A stretch of 63,490 bases of DNA, counting the filler. It is 9 parts of 9 records of this genome, joined end to end, with 100 filler letters (N's around TTAATTAATTAA, not from the genome) between each part and the next. Parts side by side here need not be neighbours in the genome. Positions count along the whole stretch, not along the records: positions 1 to 6,875 come from SRR31147125_117451; positions 6,976 to 13,258 come from SRR31147125_117460; 7 more parts are not named here. The stretch is one strand, 5' to 3'. The position numbers and the translations under genes are program-made. Positions 1 to 10,399 of this stretch are shown in pieces. The first letter of the stretch is position 1. The number at the start of each line of letters is the position of its first letter. Below the pieces are notes generated by a model. That model had not been told where the DNA came from and searched no databases. It saw only the letters and a list, made by a program, of their open reading frames with translations.

Positions 1-64
1 CTTATGTTGACAAAACGCCTTGGCAATCTGTCTGTCACAGGTGCAAACTGTCTTTAAATGCTTT

Positions 65-113
65 AGCCGCCCGCGCGTGTTTGTATATAATACACAAACA
101 CGCGCAGGCGGCT
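65..113 (-). terminator. Long stem-loop downstream of the Clp ATPase gene
   Basis: Arms AGCCGCC-C-GCGCGTGTTTGT / ACAAACACGCGC-A-GGCGGCT. The + strand mismatches become G-U pairs in the - strand RNA. No clear U-tract. Confidence 0.5.
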
Positions 114-222
114 TCAACTTTATTTCGTCATTTTGTGAAGTCTGTCCAATATTGCTTGGAAGACGCCCGCCACAACGCGGCCTATTGGGCACGCACGCCG
201 TGGGCAAGTGTCAATGCGTATG

Positions 223-2526
223 TCACGCGGCCAGGATTTCAATCTCGCCGCTGACGGCCGTAACGCCGATTTGCTTGGCGGGACGCGCGTAATTGGCAAT
301 AATTTCTGTTGCAATGCGGTCTTCGATTTCCCGTTGAATCAGGCGGCGGAGATTCCGTGCGCCATATGTGTAGGAAAATGATTTCTTGGTCAGATAATCT
401 ATGAGGCTATCATCGTATCGAAGCTCCAGCTTTTTGTCCGCCATGGCCTCGCGCAGCTCCTCAAGCATGAGACGCGAAATCTGCTTGAAGTCCTCCTCGG
501 AGAGGTGGTTGAAGTAGACGATCTCATCCACGCGATTGATAAATTCAGGCCGCAGGAAGTCATTGAGGGCTTTGAGCGCTTTTTCCTTACCCTGTTCATT
601 GATCGTGCGGTTAAAGCCGACGGCGCCGTCTTTTTTATCGGAACCGGCATTCGTCGTCATAATGATAACTGTGTTTTCAAAATTGACGGTGCGGCCGTGC
701 GCATCTGTGATGTGTCCGTCGTCCAGGATTTGCAGCAGGATATTCATAACATCCGGGTGCGCTTTTTCAATCTCGTCAAAGAGGACAACGCTGTAGGGCT
801 TTCTGCGGATCTTTTCCGTCAGCTGGCCGGCTTCATCATAGCCGACATATCCCGGAGGCGAGCCGATAATGCGCGAGACGGAGTGCTTTTCCATAAACTC
901 GGACATATCAAGCCGGATAAGCGCCTCCGGCGCGTCAAACAGGTCCTCGCTCAGACGCTTTACAAGCTCCGTTTTACCGACGCCCGTCGAACCGATGAAT
1001 ATGAATGAAACAGGCTTATGCTTAGCGGAAATGCCCACGCGGTTGCGCCGAATGGCCGCGCATACCTTGTCAACGGCTTCGTCCTGCCCAACGACATGCG
1101 CCTTGAGCCGTTTGTCCAGCTCACTCAGGCGCTTGTATTCATCCTCACGGATGCTGGAGGCCGGTATTTTCGTCCACAGCTCGATAACACGGGCGAGATT
1201 GTCAATGGTGAGCTCTGGCGCGCGCTCTTTTTCCATACGCGCCAGCTCCTCAGACACCTGGATGTCGCGGCTTCTGATCTCGGCCAGGCGCGCGTAATCG
1301 TTGCCGCTGACGGCGGATGACAGCAGCATCTCGCGCTCTTTCAAAAGATCAGCCTTTTCCTTGCGCATAAGGTCCATACGCAGGATGGCTTCGCTTTTAA
1401 GATTCATATCGGAGCAGGCCTCATCAATGAGGTCGATGGCCTTATCCGGCAAAAACCTGTCTGTGATATACCGCTCAGACAGGATAACCGCCTGACGGGC
1501 AACTTCCTCGGTAATGGTGACACCGTGAAATTTTTCATAGTAATGCTTAATGCCCATGATAATGTCGATCGTCTCGTTAATAGACGGCTCGTTCACCGTT
1601 ACGGGCTGAAAGCGCCGCTCCAGCGCCGAATCCTTTTCAATGTGCTTACGGTACTCGGTAAACGTCGTAGCACCGATGACCTGTATCTCCCCGCGCGACA
1701 GCGCCGGCTTTAAGATGTTGGCCGCGTTCATCGAGCCCTCGGCATCCCCGGCGCCGACGAGATTATGCACCTCGTCGATGACGAGTATGATATTCTGCTG
1801 CGCCTTGATCTCCTCAATAAGGCCCCGCATGCGCCCCTCAAACTGGCCTCTAAACTGCGTGCCCGCCACGAGCGATGTGAGGTCCAGAAGGTAAACCTCC
1901 TTATCGCGAAGCTTATACGGCACATCACCGTCCGCAATGCGCTGTGCCAGTCCTTCGGCGATGGCCGTTTTGCCGACACCGGGCTCACCGATGAGACAGG
2001 GGTTATTTTTCTGCCGTCTGTTGAGAATCTGGATGACGCGCTCAGTCTCAACCGCACGTCCGATCATCCGGTCCAGCTTGCCGTCCCGAGCGCGCTGCGT
2101 CAGAGACAGGCAGTAATTTTCGAGATATTTGCGCTTTTTATTGTTTGGAATGCCCGAAGTGCTATCCTTCGGCTCCCGGCTCGGGCGGGGGAAATCGTTC
2201 TGGCCGGGGGAATCATCAGGGCCGTTAAACAGCCGATTTAAAAACGGAAAGGTGGCCGTTTTGCCATCTTCTTCATTATTTTCATTATTTTCGACTTCGG
2301 CCAGGCTCTCGAGCCCGCCCATCGCCTCCACCATTTCATCGGTGAGGTTATCAAGATCCTCGTCCGACAGGCCCATCTTCTTTATAATATCCTCAACAGG
2401 CTTGATGTTGAGTTCTTTGGCGCATTTCAGGCAGAGGCCCTCGTTAGTGGACTCACCGTTTTCAATTTTCGTGATGAAGATCACGGCGGGATTTTTTTTA
2501 CAACGTGCACATATAGTTGGTCGCAT
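223..2526 (-). CDS. clpC: Class I Clp/Hsp100 ATPase (ClpC/ClpE-like) with N-terminal Zn-finger
   Basis: Two AAA+ modules (GEPGVGKT/LVIDE and GSTGVGKT/LFDEIEK), GYVG pore loop, GARNLRR, N-terminal CxxC...CxxC. Confidence 0.9.
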   Translation of the reverse strand: MRPTICARCKKNPAVIFITKIENGESTNEGLCLKCAKELNIKPVEDIIKKMGLSDEDLDNLTDEMVEAMGGLESLAEVENNENNEEDGKTATFPFLNRLFNGPDDSPGQNDFPRPSREPKDSTSGIPNNKKRKYLENYCLSLTQRARDGKLDRMIGRAVETERVIQILNRRQKNNPCLIGEPGVGKTAIAEGLAQRIADGDVPYKLRDKEVYLLDLTSLVAGTQFRGQFEGRMRGLIEEIKAQQNIILVIDEVHNLVGAGDAEGSMNAANILKPALSRGEIQVIGATTFTEYRKHIEKDSALERRFQPVTVNEPSINETIDIIMGIKHYYEKFHGVTITEEVARQAVILSERYITDRFLPDKAIDLIDEACSDMNLKSEAILRMDLMRKEKADLLKEREMLLSSAVSGNDYARLAEIRSRDIQVSEELARMEKERAPELTIDNLARVIELWTKIPASSIREDEYKRLSELDKRLKAHVVGQDEAVDKVCAAIRRNRVGISAKHKPVSFIFIGSTGVGKTELVKRLSEDLFDAPEALIRLDMSEFMEKHSVSRIIGSPPGYVGYDEAGQLTEKIRRKPYSVVLFDEIEKAHPDVMNILLQILDDGHITDAHGRTVNFENTVIIMTTNAGSDKKDGAVGFNRTINEQGKEKALKALNDFLRPEFINRVDEIVYFNHLSEEDFKQISRLMLEELREAMADKKLELRYDDSLIDYLTKKSFSYTYGARNLRRLIQREIEDRIATEIIANYARPAKQIGVTAVSGEIEILAA

Positions 2527-2577
2527 TCATATTACCTCTTTAAAATCAGCTTGTTTGACGGATGACTGCTTTAAAGC

Positions 2578-3135
2578 TCAGGCCTTTCCCTTGGATTCGT
2601 CCGTCCTGTTCATGACGCTTATAAATGTCTTTATATAACTGACGAGCGCCATCATCATCAGCGCAATGGCAATCGAAATCATAATGGTTGCGATGTTTTC
2701 GGGTATGCTTCTAAATAACATCAGTGTAACACATACGACGAAAAAGACAACGGTGGATATTTTGCCGAAGATATTGGCCGGCGGGATAACGCCATCTTGC
2801 TTTTTGCGAATAACGGCTCCTCCCAGAACCATTACAAGCTCCTTAGCCAGCACCGCCACCACAGCCCAAACAGGTATGACGCCGTCTATGGTGATGCACA
2901 TGAGTGCCGTGAGCGTCATAAGCTTATCGCCGAGGGGGTCAAGTATCTTTCCCAAGTTGGATGTTATGTTATATTTTCTGGCTATAAAGCCGTCCAGAAA
3001 GTCGGTGAAGGATGCCAGAGCATATACGAGCGCAGCATAAATCTTGATGCTTTCGCCTTCGTAAAAATACGTGACGGCAAAAACAGGCACAAGACAGATG
3101 CGTATGGAGGACAATATGTTCGGTACATTCTTCAC
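2578..3135 (-). CDS. pgsA: CDP-alcohol phosphatidyltransferase (PGP synthase-like)
   Basis: NVPNILSSIR N-terminus and DFLDGFIARKYN...GKILDPLGDK signature. Start moved to GTG at 3135 after AGGTGA. Confidence 0.85.
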   Translation of the reverse strand: MKNVPNILSSIRICLVPVFAVTYFYEGESIKIYAALVYALASFTDFLDGFIARKYNITSNLGKILDPLGDKLMTLTALMCITIDGVIPVWAVVAVLAKELVMVLGGAVIRKKQDGVIPPANIFGKISTVVFFVVCVTLMLFRSIPENIATIMISIAIALMMMALVSYIKTFISVMNRTDESKGKA

Positions 3136-3160
3136 GAAATCACCTACTGTACTATACGGC

Positions 3161-3943
3161 TTAAATGCCAAGAATATTTGCAATTGGATTATGATTGATA
3201 ATGTATTTCAAAAGGACTGTGTTTTCGACCGTACCTGCCGACAGAAGTCCAAGATACCGAACGATGACTCCTATGGCCAGGATGATGAGAAGGCCCCGTA
3301 AAAGTCCCATAGACAGGCCGACAATCTTATCGACCAGCTCAATACCGGGCAGCGAGAACGCCAGATTAATGACGTTGCCGACGACAGCGAAAATGATGGC
3401 GATCAAAATAAAGGATATCCCGAATACGGCTATATAAGCCAGCACATCGCAAAGTTTTTCGGTTAAATTATTGGACAGCTGCTGTCCGGCGCTGTCAATT
3501 TCGGTCTCGACCTTGTCGGCAAGCTGCTTGGATGCCTCTTCGGAAACGCCGATTCCTCTGAGCGCCTTGTAGCTGATGTTGTAAACATTCGTATGCTCGG
3601 CCGCCCCGTCCCCGTCGTCATCCGCAGGCGTAATAATCGCCGCCGTTCCGCCGGTCACGTCGCTCACCGCGTCGTTGTCATCCTCGGCAGCGCCTGCTGC
3701 CTCATCCGGATCGTCCAGGCCTACAACATCCGTTACAGACTTGTCGACAATACCGCCCACGAACGGCTTAAGCATGCCGGTAAATTCCCCGGAATACGTT
3801 TTGGCAATGAGATTGGCGCCGTAGAGGGCTATAATAATAGCCAGCACACCGAAAACCCCGCGTATAAAACCATTTTTAAAGCCTCGCCAGGTGCTGAAGC
3901 CTACCATCAATACCAAAGCAATATCAATTGCCGTACTTACCAC
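3161..3943 (-). CDS. CvpA/colicin V production family membrane protein
   Basis: WRGFKNGFIRGVFG N-terminus, VDKIVGLSMGLLRG C-terminus, acidic central insertion. Confidence 0.75.
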   Translation of the reverse strand: MVSTAIDIALVLMVGFSTWRGFKNGFIRGVFGVLAIIIALYGANLIAKTYSGEFTGMLKPFVGGIVDKSVTDVVGLDDPDEAAGAAEDDNDAVSDVTGGTAAIITPADDDGDGAAEHTNVYNISYKALRGIGVSEEASKQLADKVETEIDSAGQQLSNNLTEKLCDVLAYIAVFGISFILIAIIFAVVGNVINLAFSLPGIELVDKIVGLSMGLLRGLLIILAIGVIVRYLGLLSAGTVENTVLLKYIINHNPIANILGI

Positions 3944-3967
3944 GCATGTGCTCCTTTCGGCCGGATC

Positions 3968-5128
3968 TTATTCGGTAACGGCTTTTTTAACCGAGGCGGA
4001 ATGCGCCGTCAGGCAAAGCGCCGTACCGTCGGAACGCATAATGGTCCCGATCGCGCCGGCTGTATCACCAAAGCTTGCGTATTCTTCCAGGTTTTTGTCG
4101 TATATGACAAGCCCGTCACTGAAAAGGACGGCCAGATAATCGCCATCTGCTGAAATAGACAGTACCTTTCGGTCTGTCGTAAGGGTTCCGAGCATTTTTC
4201 CCGATGGGTCAATCGTTACAATACTGCCCTGGTTACCAACAAGATAGTCGCTCAGAACAAGGGCTGTAAAGCTCGAACTGTCAATGGCGTAGCCGGAAAG
4301 ATATTTGCCGGAATAATCACAAAGGGTTTCGCTGCTGCCGTCATCAGATACGACGGCAAGCTGTTCCTCCGATACGGCCAGAACGCCATCCCCGTCTATG
4401 TACGCAATCTCCGTAACGAGTGTTCCGGCAAGCGTAACCGATGACATCTCATCCTCACTATCCAGTGAAAAGAATACAATCCGGCTGCCGTCCCCGGTGA
4501 GTGTGAGCACTGCAAGTTTTTTATCGTCGGGCGAGACTGCGGCCGACAGTGTGTAGCCTGTGGCCGATTGCCAGTAATATTCCTCGCCGCCCTTGGCATT
4601 ATAAACCGTGACAAGTCCTTTATATCCGCTCTCCTGCGTGCACAGCGTAAGCCAGCCGTGCCGATTCAAACGGGCAGATATAATTTTACCTGCCGTTGTA
4701 ATGCTTTTGATAACGCCGGCTTCGTCAAACAGCTTCAGCCGATAGCCGCCAAGATCATAAGCCGCGCCGGAATTCCCGCCTGTACAGACGGTCGGCGCCG
4801 CAAAATCGCAGGACTCCACAAACAGAATCTGTCCGGTCCTGTCAATGACTTGCAGGCCGACAGTTGAGGCCACGGCCAGGCCGCCGTTAAAATCAGCCAA
4901 ATCCTTGTCGGAGCCCGCGTCAAACACAAATTCCTCCGCTGTCGCCTCATCATCCGCGCCGCTGAACAGGCGAACAAAGCCATCGGCATTCAGCTTCCCG
5001 TTATTCGTGATGAGAACGACGGCCGCTACGGATAACAGCGCCAGCCCGAGAACCGACATGAAAAACTTGAGGGCCCTGCCGCCGCGTCGCTTCTTTTTCA
5101 CCTTTTTATTCGATTCGACCGTCGCCAT
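3968..5128 (-). CDS. Membrane-anchored beta-propeller protein (DUF5711-like)
   Basis: Basic N-terminus, one TM helix, repeated beta-rich segments (AAVSPDDKKLAVL, SISADGDYLAVL). Confidence 0.55.
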   Translation of the reverse strand: MATVESNKKVKKKRRGGRALKFFMSVLGLALLSVAAVVLITNNGKLNADGFVRLFSGADDEATAEEFVFDAGSDKDLADFNGGLAVASTVGLQVIDRTGQILFVESCDFAAPTVCTGGNSGAAYDLGGYRLKLFDEAGVIKSITTAGKIISARLNRHGWLTLCTQESGYKGLVTVYNAKGGEEYYWQSATGYTLSAAVSPDDKKLAVLTLTGDGSRIVFFSLDSEDEMSSVTLAGTLVTEIAYIDGDGVLAVSEEQLAVVSDDGSSETLCDYSGKYLSGYAIDSSSFTALVLSDYLVGNQGSIVTIDPSGKMLGTLTTDRKVLSISADGDYLAVLFSDGLVIYDKNLEEYASFGDTAGAIGTIMRSDGTALCLTAHSASVKKAVTE

Positions 5129-5257
5129 AAACCCGCCTTCTATATCGCGTAACCGTTTGCCCGCTTTTCGAGATGGTCCGGCAGCCGGCGTCGCTATAAT
5201 CGACTAACTTTGAGTTTACCATTTTTAATAATAAAAAGATATAATATTTACGTAAAA

Positions 5258-6043
5258 TTAACTTTTTGACACTTTTTGATCATAAGACATCATTTCTCCG
5301 GCCGGTCCGTCGTACCACAGCCGCGTCAGATACAGCCCGCACGCCGGGACAGTCGGCCCGAAGAGATTCCGGTCGCCCTTTTTAAGCATTTCGGGTATAT
5401 CTCCGGGTCTGAACTTTCCCTCGGAGGCATAAATCAAGGTGCCCGCCATAGCCCGTGCCATATTGTACAAAAAACCGTCGGCGCATACGCGCAGCGTAAT
5501 GACGGGGCCTTTCTGTGCCGCTTCATACCAGTAGACCGTCCGCACCGTCGTCTTTGTCACCGTCCCGACAGAGCGCACACCCTTAAAGTCATGCGTGCCG
5601 ACAAAATACGAAGCGGCCTCGTCCATAATGCCGACATCCAGTTGCGACGGATAAAAATAGGCGCGGCTCATTAAAAACGGGTCGCGGATGCGTGCATTAT
5701 ATATTTTATAAGTATATTCCTTTTTAATGCACGAGAGAATCGCATTGAAGTCCTCTTCAGTCTCAACAGCCGCAATGGCCGCGATGTCCGGCGGCAGCAG
5801 CGCGTTGAGCGCCAGAGGCAGCCGGTCCGTCGGAATGCGGGAATCGGTTTTAAAGCTGGCGCAGTATCGCTCGGCGTGCACGCCTGCGTCCGTCCGGCCG
5901 CAGCCGACGACCTTGACGCCGTGTCCGCAGACCCGGGACAGTGCCTGGTTAACCGTGGATGCCACGGTAACGTCTTCCTTCTGCTCCTGCCAGCCATGAT
6001 ATTTTGTGCCGTCGTATCGGAGGCGAAGGGCGATATTTCTCAT
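5258..6043 (-). CDS. truA: tRNA pseudouridine(38-40) synthase
   Basis: YDGTKYHGWQ, GCGRTDAGVHA catalytic Asp motif, DGFLYNMAR. Confidence 0.95.
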   Translation of the reverse strand: MRNIALRLRYDGTKYHGWQEQKEDVTVASTVNQALSRVCGHGVKVVGCGRTDAGVHAERYCASFKTDSRIPTDRLPLALNALLPPDIAAIAAVETEEDFNAILSCIKKEYTYKIYNARIRDPFLMSRAYFYPSQLDVGIMDEAASYFVGTHDFKGVRSVGTVTKTTVRTVYWYEAAQKGPVITLRVCADGFLYNMARAMAGTLIYASEGKFRPGDIPEMLKKGDRNLFGPTVPACGLYLTRLWYDGPAGEMMSYDQKVSKS

Positions 6044-6067
6044 AAACAGACCCCTCCACGCTTAAAG

Positions 6068-6871
6068 CTAAATTCCGAAACGATTCATAACAATCACGCC
6101 TGCCAGTACACTAAGGCCTAAAAGCAGCGCCGTATAGTCCCGGCCGTGCATTTTCAGCTGCTTGATGCGCGTGCGGCCCTCTCCGCCATGGTAACAGCGG
6201 CTTTCCATCGCCACAGCCAGCTCGTCGGCGCGCCGGAACGCGCTGATAAAAAGCGGCACGAGGATCGGCAGCAGCGCCTTGGCGCGACGGATGAGGTTGC
6301 CCGACTCAAAGTCGGCCCCGCGCGCCTTCTGCGCGCTGATGATCTTGTCCGTCTCCTCTAAAAGCGTTGGAATAAACCGAAGCGCAATGCTCATCATCAT
6401 CGCCAGCTCATGCACCGGGATCTTGATCTTTTTAAGCGGATTCATAAGATTTTCAAGGCCGTCCGTCAGCGCAATCGGCGACGTGGTGTACGTTAAAAGA
6501 AACGTGCCGACAATAAGCATGACAAGGCGGATAATCATCCTGACGGCCAGAGCAATGCCCTCATAGGATATTTTAATGATCCAGAATTCAATGATCGGAT
6601 CGCCCTTGGTGAACAGGATATTCAGAATAAACGTAAAAATGATGATATAAATCAGCGGTTTAATGCTTTTAAGAATCGCTTTAAAACTGATTTTTGATAA
6701 AAGAATACACGTTAACAGCACGACAAACATCAGCCCGTAGGAAAAATACCACACGGCCGTGAACAGCGCCACAATATAGATAACCGTTAAAAGCAGCTTC
6801 GTACGCGGGTCCAGCCGGTGTACGATTGAATTGCCCGGAAAGAATTGGCCGAGCGTAATGTCTTTAATCAT
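6068..6871 (-). CDS. ecfT: Energy-coupling factor transporter T component
   Basis: HRLDPRTK, ALRFIPTL, AQKARG and AMESRCY motifs. Confidence 0.93.
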   Translation of the reverse strand: MIKDITLGQFFPGNSIVHRLDPRTKLLLTVIYIVALFTAVWYFSYGLMFVVLLTCILLSKISFKAILKSIKPLIYIIIFTFILNILFTKGDPIIEFWIIKISYEGIALAVRMIIRLVMLIVGTFLLTYTTSPIALTDGLENLMNPLKKIKIPVHELAMMMSIALRFIPTLLEETDKIISAQKARGADFESGNLIRRAKALLPILVPLFISAFRRADELAVAMESRCYHGGEGRTRIKQLKMHGRDYTALLLGLSVLAGVIVMNRFGI

Positions 6872-6875
6872 GACG

Positions 6876-6975
6876 NNNNNNNNNNNNNNNNNNNNNNNNN
6901 NNNNNNNNNNNNNNNNNNNTTAATTAATTAANNNNNNNNNNNNNNNNNNNNNNNNNNNNNNNNNNNNNNNNNNNN
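6876..6975. other. Artificial contig spacer
   Basis: 44 N + TTAATTAATTAA (stops in all six frames) + 44 N. Confidence 0.97.
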
Positions 6976-9900
6976 TTTTAAGCTTTTCTATTATCTTCCT
7001 GACCTTCCTATGCTTGGTGACGCCGTTTGCAGCAGCAGCTGATGAGGTAGTGAAAGTCGGTGTCTATGAAAATTCACCCAAGATTTTTGTCTCCGAATCT
7101 GGGCAACCCTCGGGTATCTTCATTGATATCATCGAGGACATTGCGAAAAGCGAAGGATGGAAATTAGTCTATGTGCCCGGTACCTGGGCGCAGGGGTTGG
7201 ACCGTTTGGAAAAAGGGGGGATCGATCTCATGCCGGACGTTGCATACACGGCGGACCGGGAGAAACTGTTCGCCTTTCATAAGGTACCGGTTCTGTCCTC
7301 CTGGTTTCAAGTATATGCTCGGAAAGGCAGCAGAATCAAAACAATATTGGATCTAAATGGAAAGAGAATTGCTGTTCTCCATCGTTCGGTTCAGCAGGAA
7401 GTATTTATGCAGCTCGCAAAGGGTTTCGGGCTACACAGCACCATTATTTCTGCGCCGGAGTTCGAAGATACCTTTAAAATGGTTCAAAATAATGAGGCTG
7501 ACGCTGCCATTTCAAATCGTTTTTTTGGACTGATGCATGCTAAAAAATTCGGTCTTGAAGATACGGCGATTATATTCAATCCATCCAACCTCTTTTTCGC
7601 AGCCCGCAAAGGCACACACCAAAAAATATTGCATGCCATTGATGTTCATCTTTCCAACTTGAAGAATGATTCACAATCTTCATATTACCAGTCATTTAAA
7701 CGCTGGATTTCCGAGGAACCTAGATTCGAATTGCCGGTCTGGCTAAAAATGCTCGCCATGTTTTTAGTTCTCACCCTGTTTTTAAGCCTCGTTGGGACCT
7801 TCGCTTTGAAGCATCAGGTCAATGCCCGGACCCGAGAATTGAAAAAACGAACCGTGTACTGCGTACCCTAAGCGAATGCAATCAAGCGCTGGTGCGATCA
7901 ACAGATGAAGCCATACTGTTGAAGTCTATCTGCCGAATCCTGGTAGACATTGGAGGTTTTCACATGGCTTTCATCGGCTTCGCCGAATCGGAAAATGGCG
8001 AAACTATCTGCCCCGTGGCTAAAGCCATCTCCCAACCGGAAAGCCCTGCCACAGTAAATTCCAATTGGGACCTTGCCGATTCCAGTCACGGCCTCGCGGC
8101 CAACACGCTTAAAACAGGCCGGATTTATTCTGTCCGGCATATCTTCACTGATCCGGGATTTAAACCTTGGCGGGCTGATGCGCGCCAGCGAGGTTACGCC
8201 TCAGCGTTGATGCTGCCGTTGAGATCTGAGAAGGAGGTACTCGGTGTACTTGGAATCTACTCGGCTGAACCGACCGCATTTGATACTGAAGAGGTTGCTC
8301 TCCTTACCGAAATAGCCAACGATCTGGCCTTCGGCGTTATCAGTCGCCGGACGCGTGTCGCTCATGATATCGCCGAGTTGGAGCGCCAAACGGCACAGCA
8401 AAAGTTCGAAAATATAGTCGAATTTCTTCCCGACGCGACGTTTGTCATTGATCAGGACAAGAAAGTCATTGCTTGGAACCAGGCATGTGAAGCTTTAACC
8501 GGCGTTAAGAAGAAAGCTTTGCTGGGCAAGGGCGATTATGCCTATGCCGTGCCGTTTTATGGTGTCCCTCGTCCCATTATTATTGATTTGCTTGAGGATT
8601 TGCCATCACAGGAAGTTAAAACCACCTATAAGTACATCAAGCGCCACAAAGACAGGCTTTATGGCGAATGCTTCATCCAACACCTGAATAATGGAAAAGG
8701 AGCTCATCTCTGGATTGTGGCCTCACCCTTGTACGACCAGGATGGTAAGCGTTGTGGCGCCATTGAGAGCGTAAGGGATATCAGCGAACAAAGAAACATG
8801 GAGGAAGCGATACGCGCAAGTGAAAAGAAATACCGGGAGCTGGTGACGCTTGCCAACAGTATCATCCTGCGTTGGATGCACGATGGGCAAATCACTTTCC
8901 TGAATGAGTTCGGCCAAAGGTTTTTTGGCTATGCGGAAGCGGAGATCATTGGGCAACACCTAATCGGAACCATCATCCCGGAGACTGATAGTAGAGGCCA
9001 AAATTTACGAGAAATGGTGGAGCAGATCCACAGCGACCCGCAAAAGTTTGAGAAGAATATAAACGAAAATATACGCCGCAACGGCGAACGAGTGTGGATC
9101 GACTGGAGAAACAGGGTATTATTCGATGAGCAGGGCCAAGTAAAAGAGATCCTTAGCATAGGTTCAGACATAACCAATCTTAAAGAGGCTGAAAAGAATA
9201 TTCATCGACTCAATGATGAACTGCAGCGCCATGCGGAAAATCTGGAAAAACGTGTTGAAGAACGCACCGCCGAGCTGGCCATAGCCAAAGAAAAAGCAGA
9301 ATCGGCCGACCGCCTAAAGTCCGCTTTTCTGGCCACTATGTCTCACGAATTGCGTACGCCCCTGAACTCCATCATCGGATTCACAGGCATCCTGCTTCAG
9401 GAACTAGCCGGCCCCTTGACCCAAGAGCAGCACAAACAGTTAACCATGGTCCAGAGCAGTTCTCGCCATCTTCTGGCTCTGATCAACGATGTGTTGGATA
9501 TTTCCAAAATTGAAGCCGGCCAACTGGAACTTTCCTCCTCATCCTTCGAATTGAAGCAATCTGTAGAGAAAATGCTCAAATTGGTTTCGCCTCTGGCTGA
9601 AAAGAAGGGGCTGGAGCTAAAACTTGACTTTACGGGTGATGTCGGAACAGTGACTTCCGATCAGCGACGTCTGGAACAGGTCATCCTTAATCTGCTCAAC
9701 AATGCCATTAAATTCACTAAAAAAGGACATGTCTGCATTTCCGGCCGCATGGAAAATGAACATTATCTGATTTCTGTTTCAGACACCGGCATTGGCATCC
9801 GGCCGGAAGAACTCGCTGATCTTTTTCAACCTTTCCACCAGATCGAGACAGGACTTGCACGTATGCACGAGGGTTCCGGTCTCGGCCTGTCAATATGCAA

Positions 9901-10012
9901 GAAGCTTTTGGATATGATGGGTGGAACCATTGAGGTTGAAAGCAAGTGGGGGCGGGGCAGCGTCTTCACTATATGTTTCCCACAAGTCATGCATACTGGA
10001 GATTTGGCATGA
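6976..10012 (+). CDS. Sensor histidine kinase (SBP family 3 - TM - GAF - PAS - PAS - HisKA - HATPase); 5' partial, frameshifted
   Basis: ORFs 7014-7871 and 7892-10012 join if the A6 run at 7842-7847 has one more A (..ELKKTNRVLRTLSECNQALVRS..). H-box FLATMSHELRTPL, N-box, G1/G2 boxes. Confidence 0.85.
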
Positions 10013-10398
10013 GCGACACACTATTGATTATTGAAGACAATGAGCAAAATTTTTACATGATGCGCTTTCTGCTGGAAAAAAATGGCTTTAAGGTTATCGG
10101 TGCGGAGAATGGAAGGAAAGGTATTGAAAAGGCGATGCATCACTTACCTCAGGCCATACTGCTGGATATTCAGCTTCCTGAAATGGACGGATATGCCGTG
10201 GCAGCGGAACTCAAGAAGCACAAGGCGTTAGAAAAGGTACCCATTATCGCAGTAACCTCTTACGCCATGGTTGGAGACCGGGAACGAATAATAGCAGCCG
10301 GAGCCACAGGTTATATCGAAAAACCGATCAACCCCGACACTTTTGTGTCCGAGATAACCAGTCACCTGCAGAAAGATCAAGATGACGAGGAGCGTTAG
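10009..10398 (+). CDS. Single-domain response regulator (DivK/CheY-like)
   Basis: LIIEDN, LLDIQLPEMDG, YIEKPI. ATG overlaps the kinase stop (ATGA). Confidence 0.9.
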   Translation: MSDTLLIIEDNEQNFYMMRFLLEKNGFKVIGAENGRKGIEKAMHHLPQAILLDIQLPEMDGYAVAAELKKHKALEKVPIIAVTSYAMVGDRERIIAAGATGYIEKPINPDTFVSEITSHLQKDQDDEER

Positions 10399-10399
10399 G

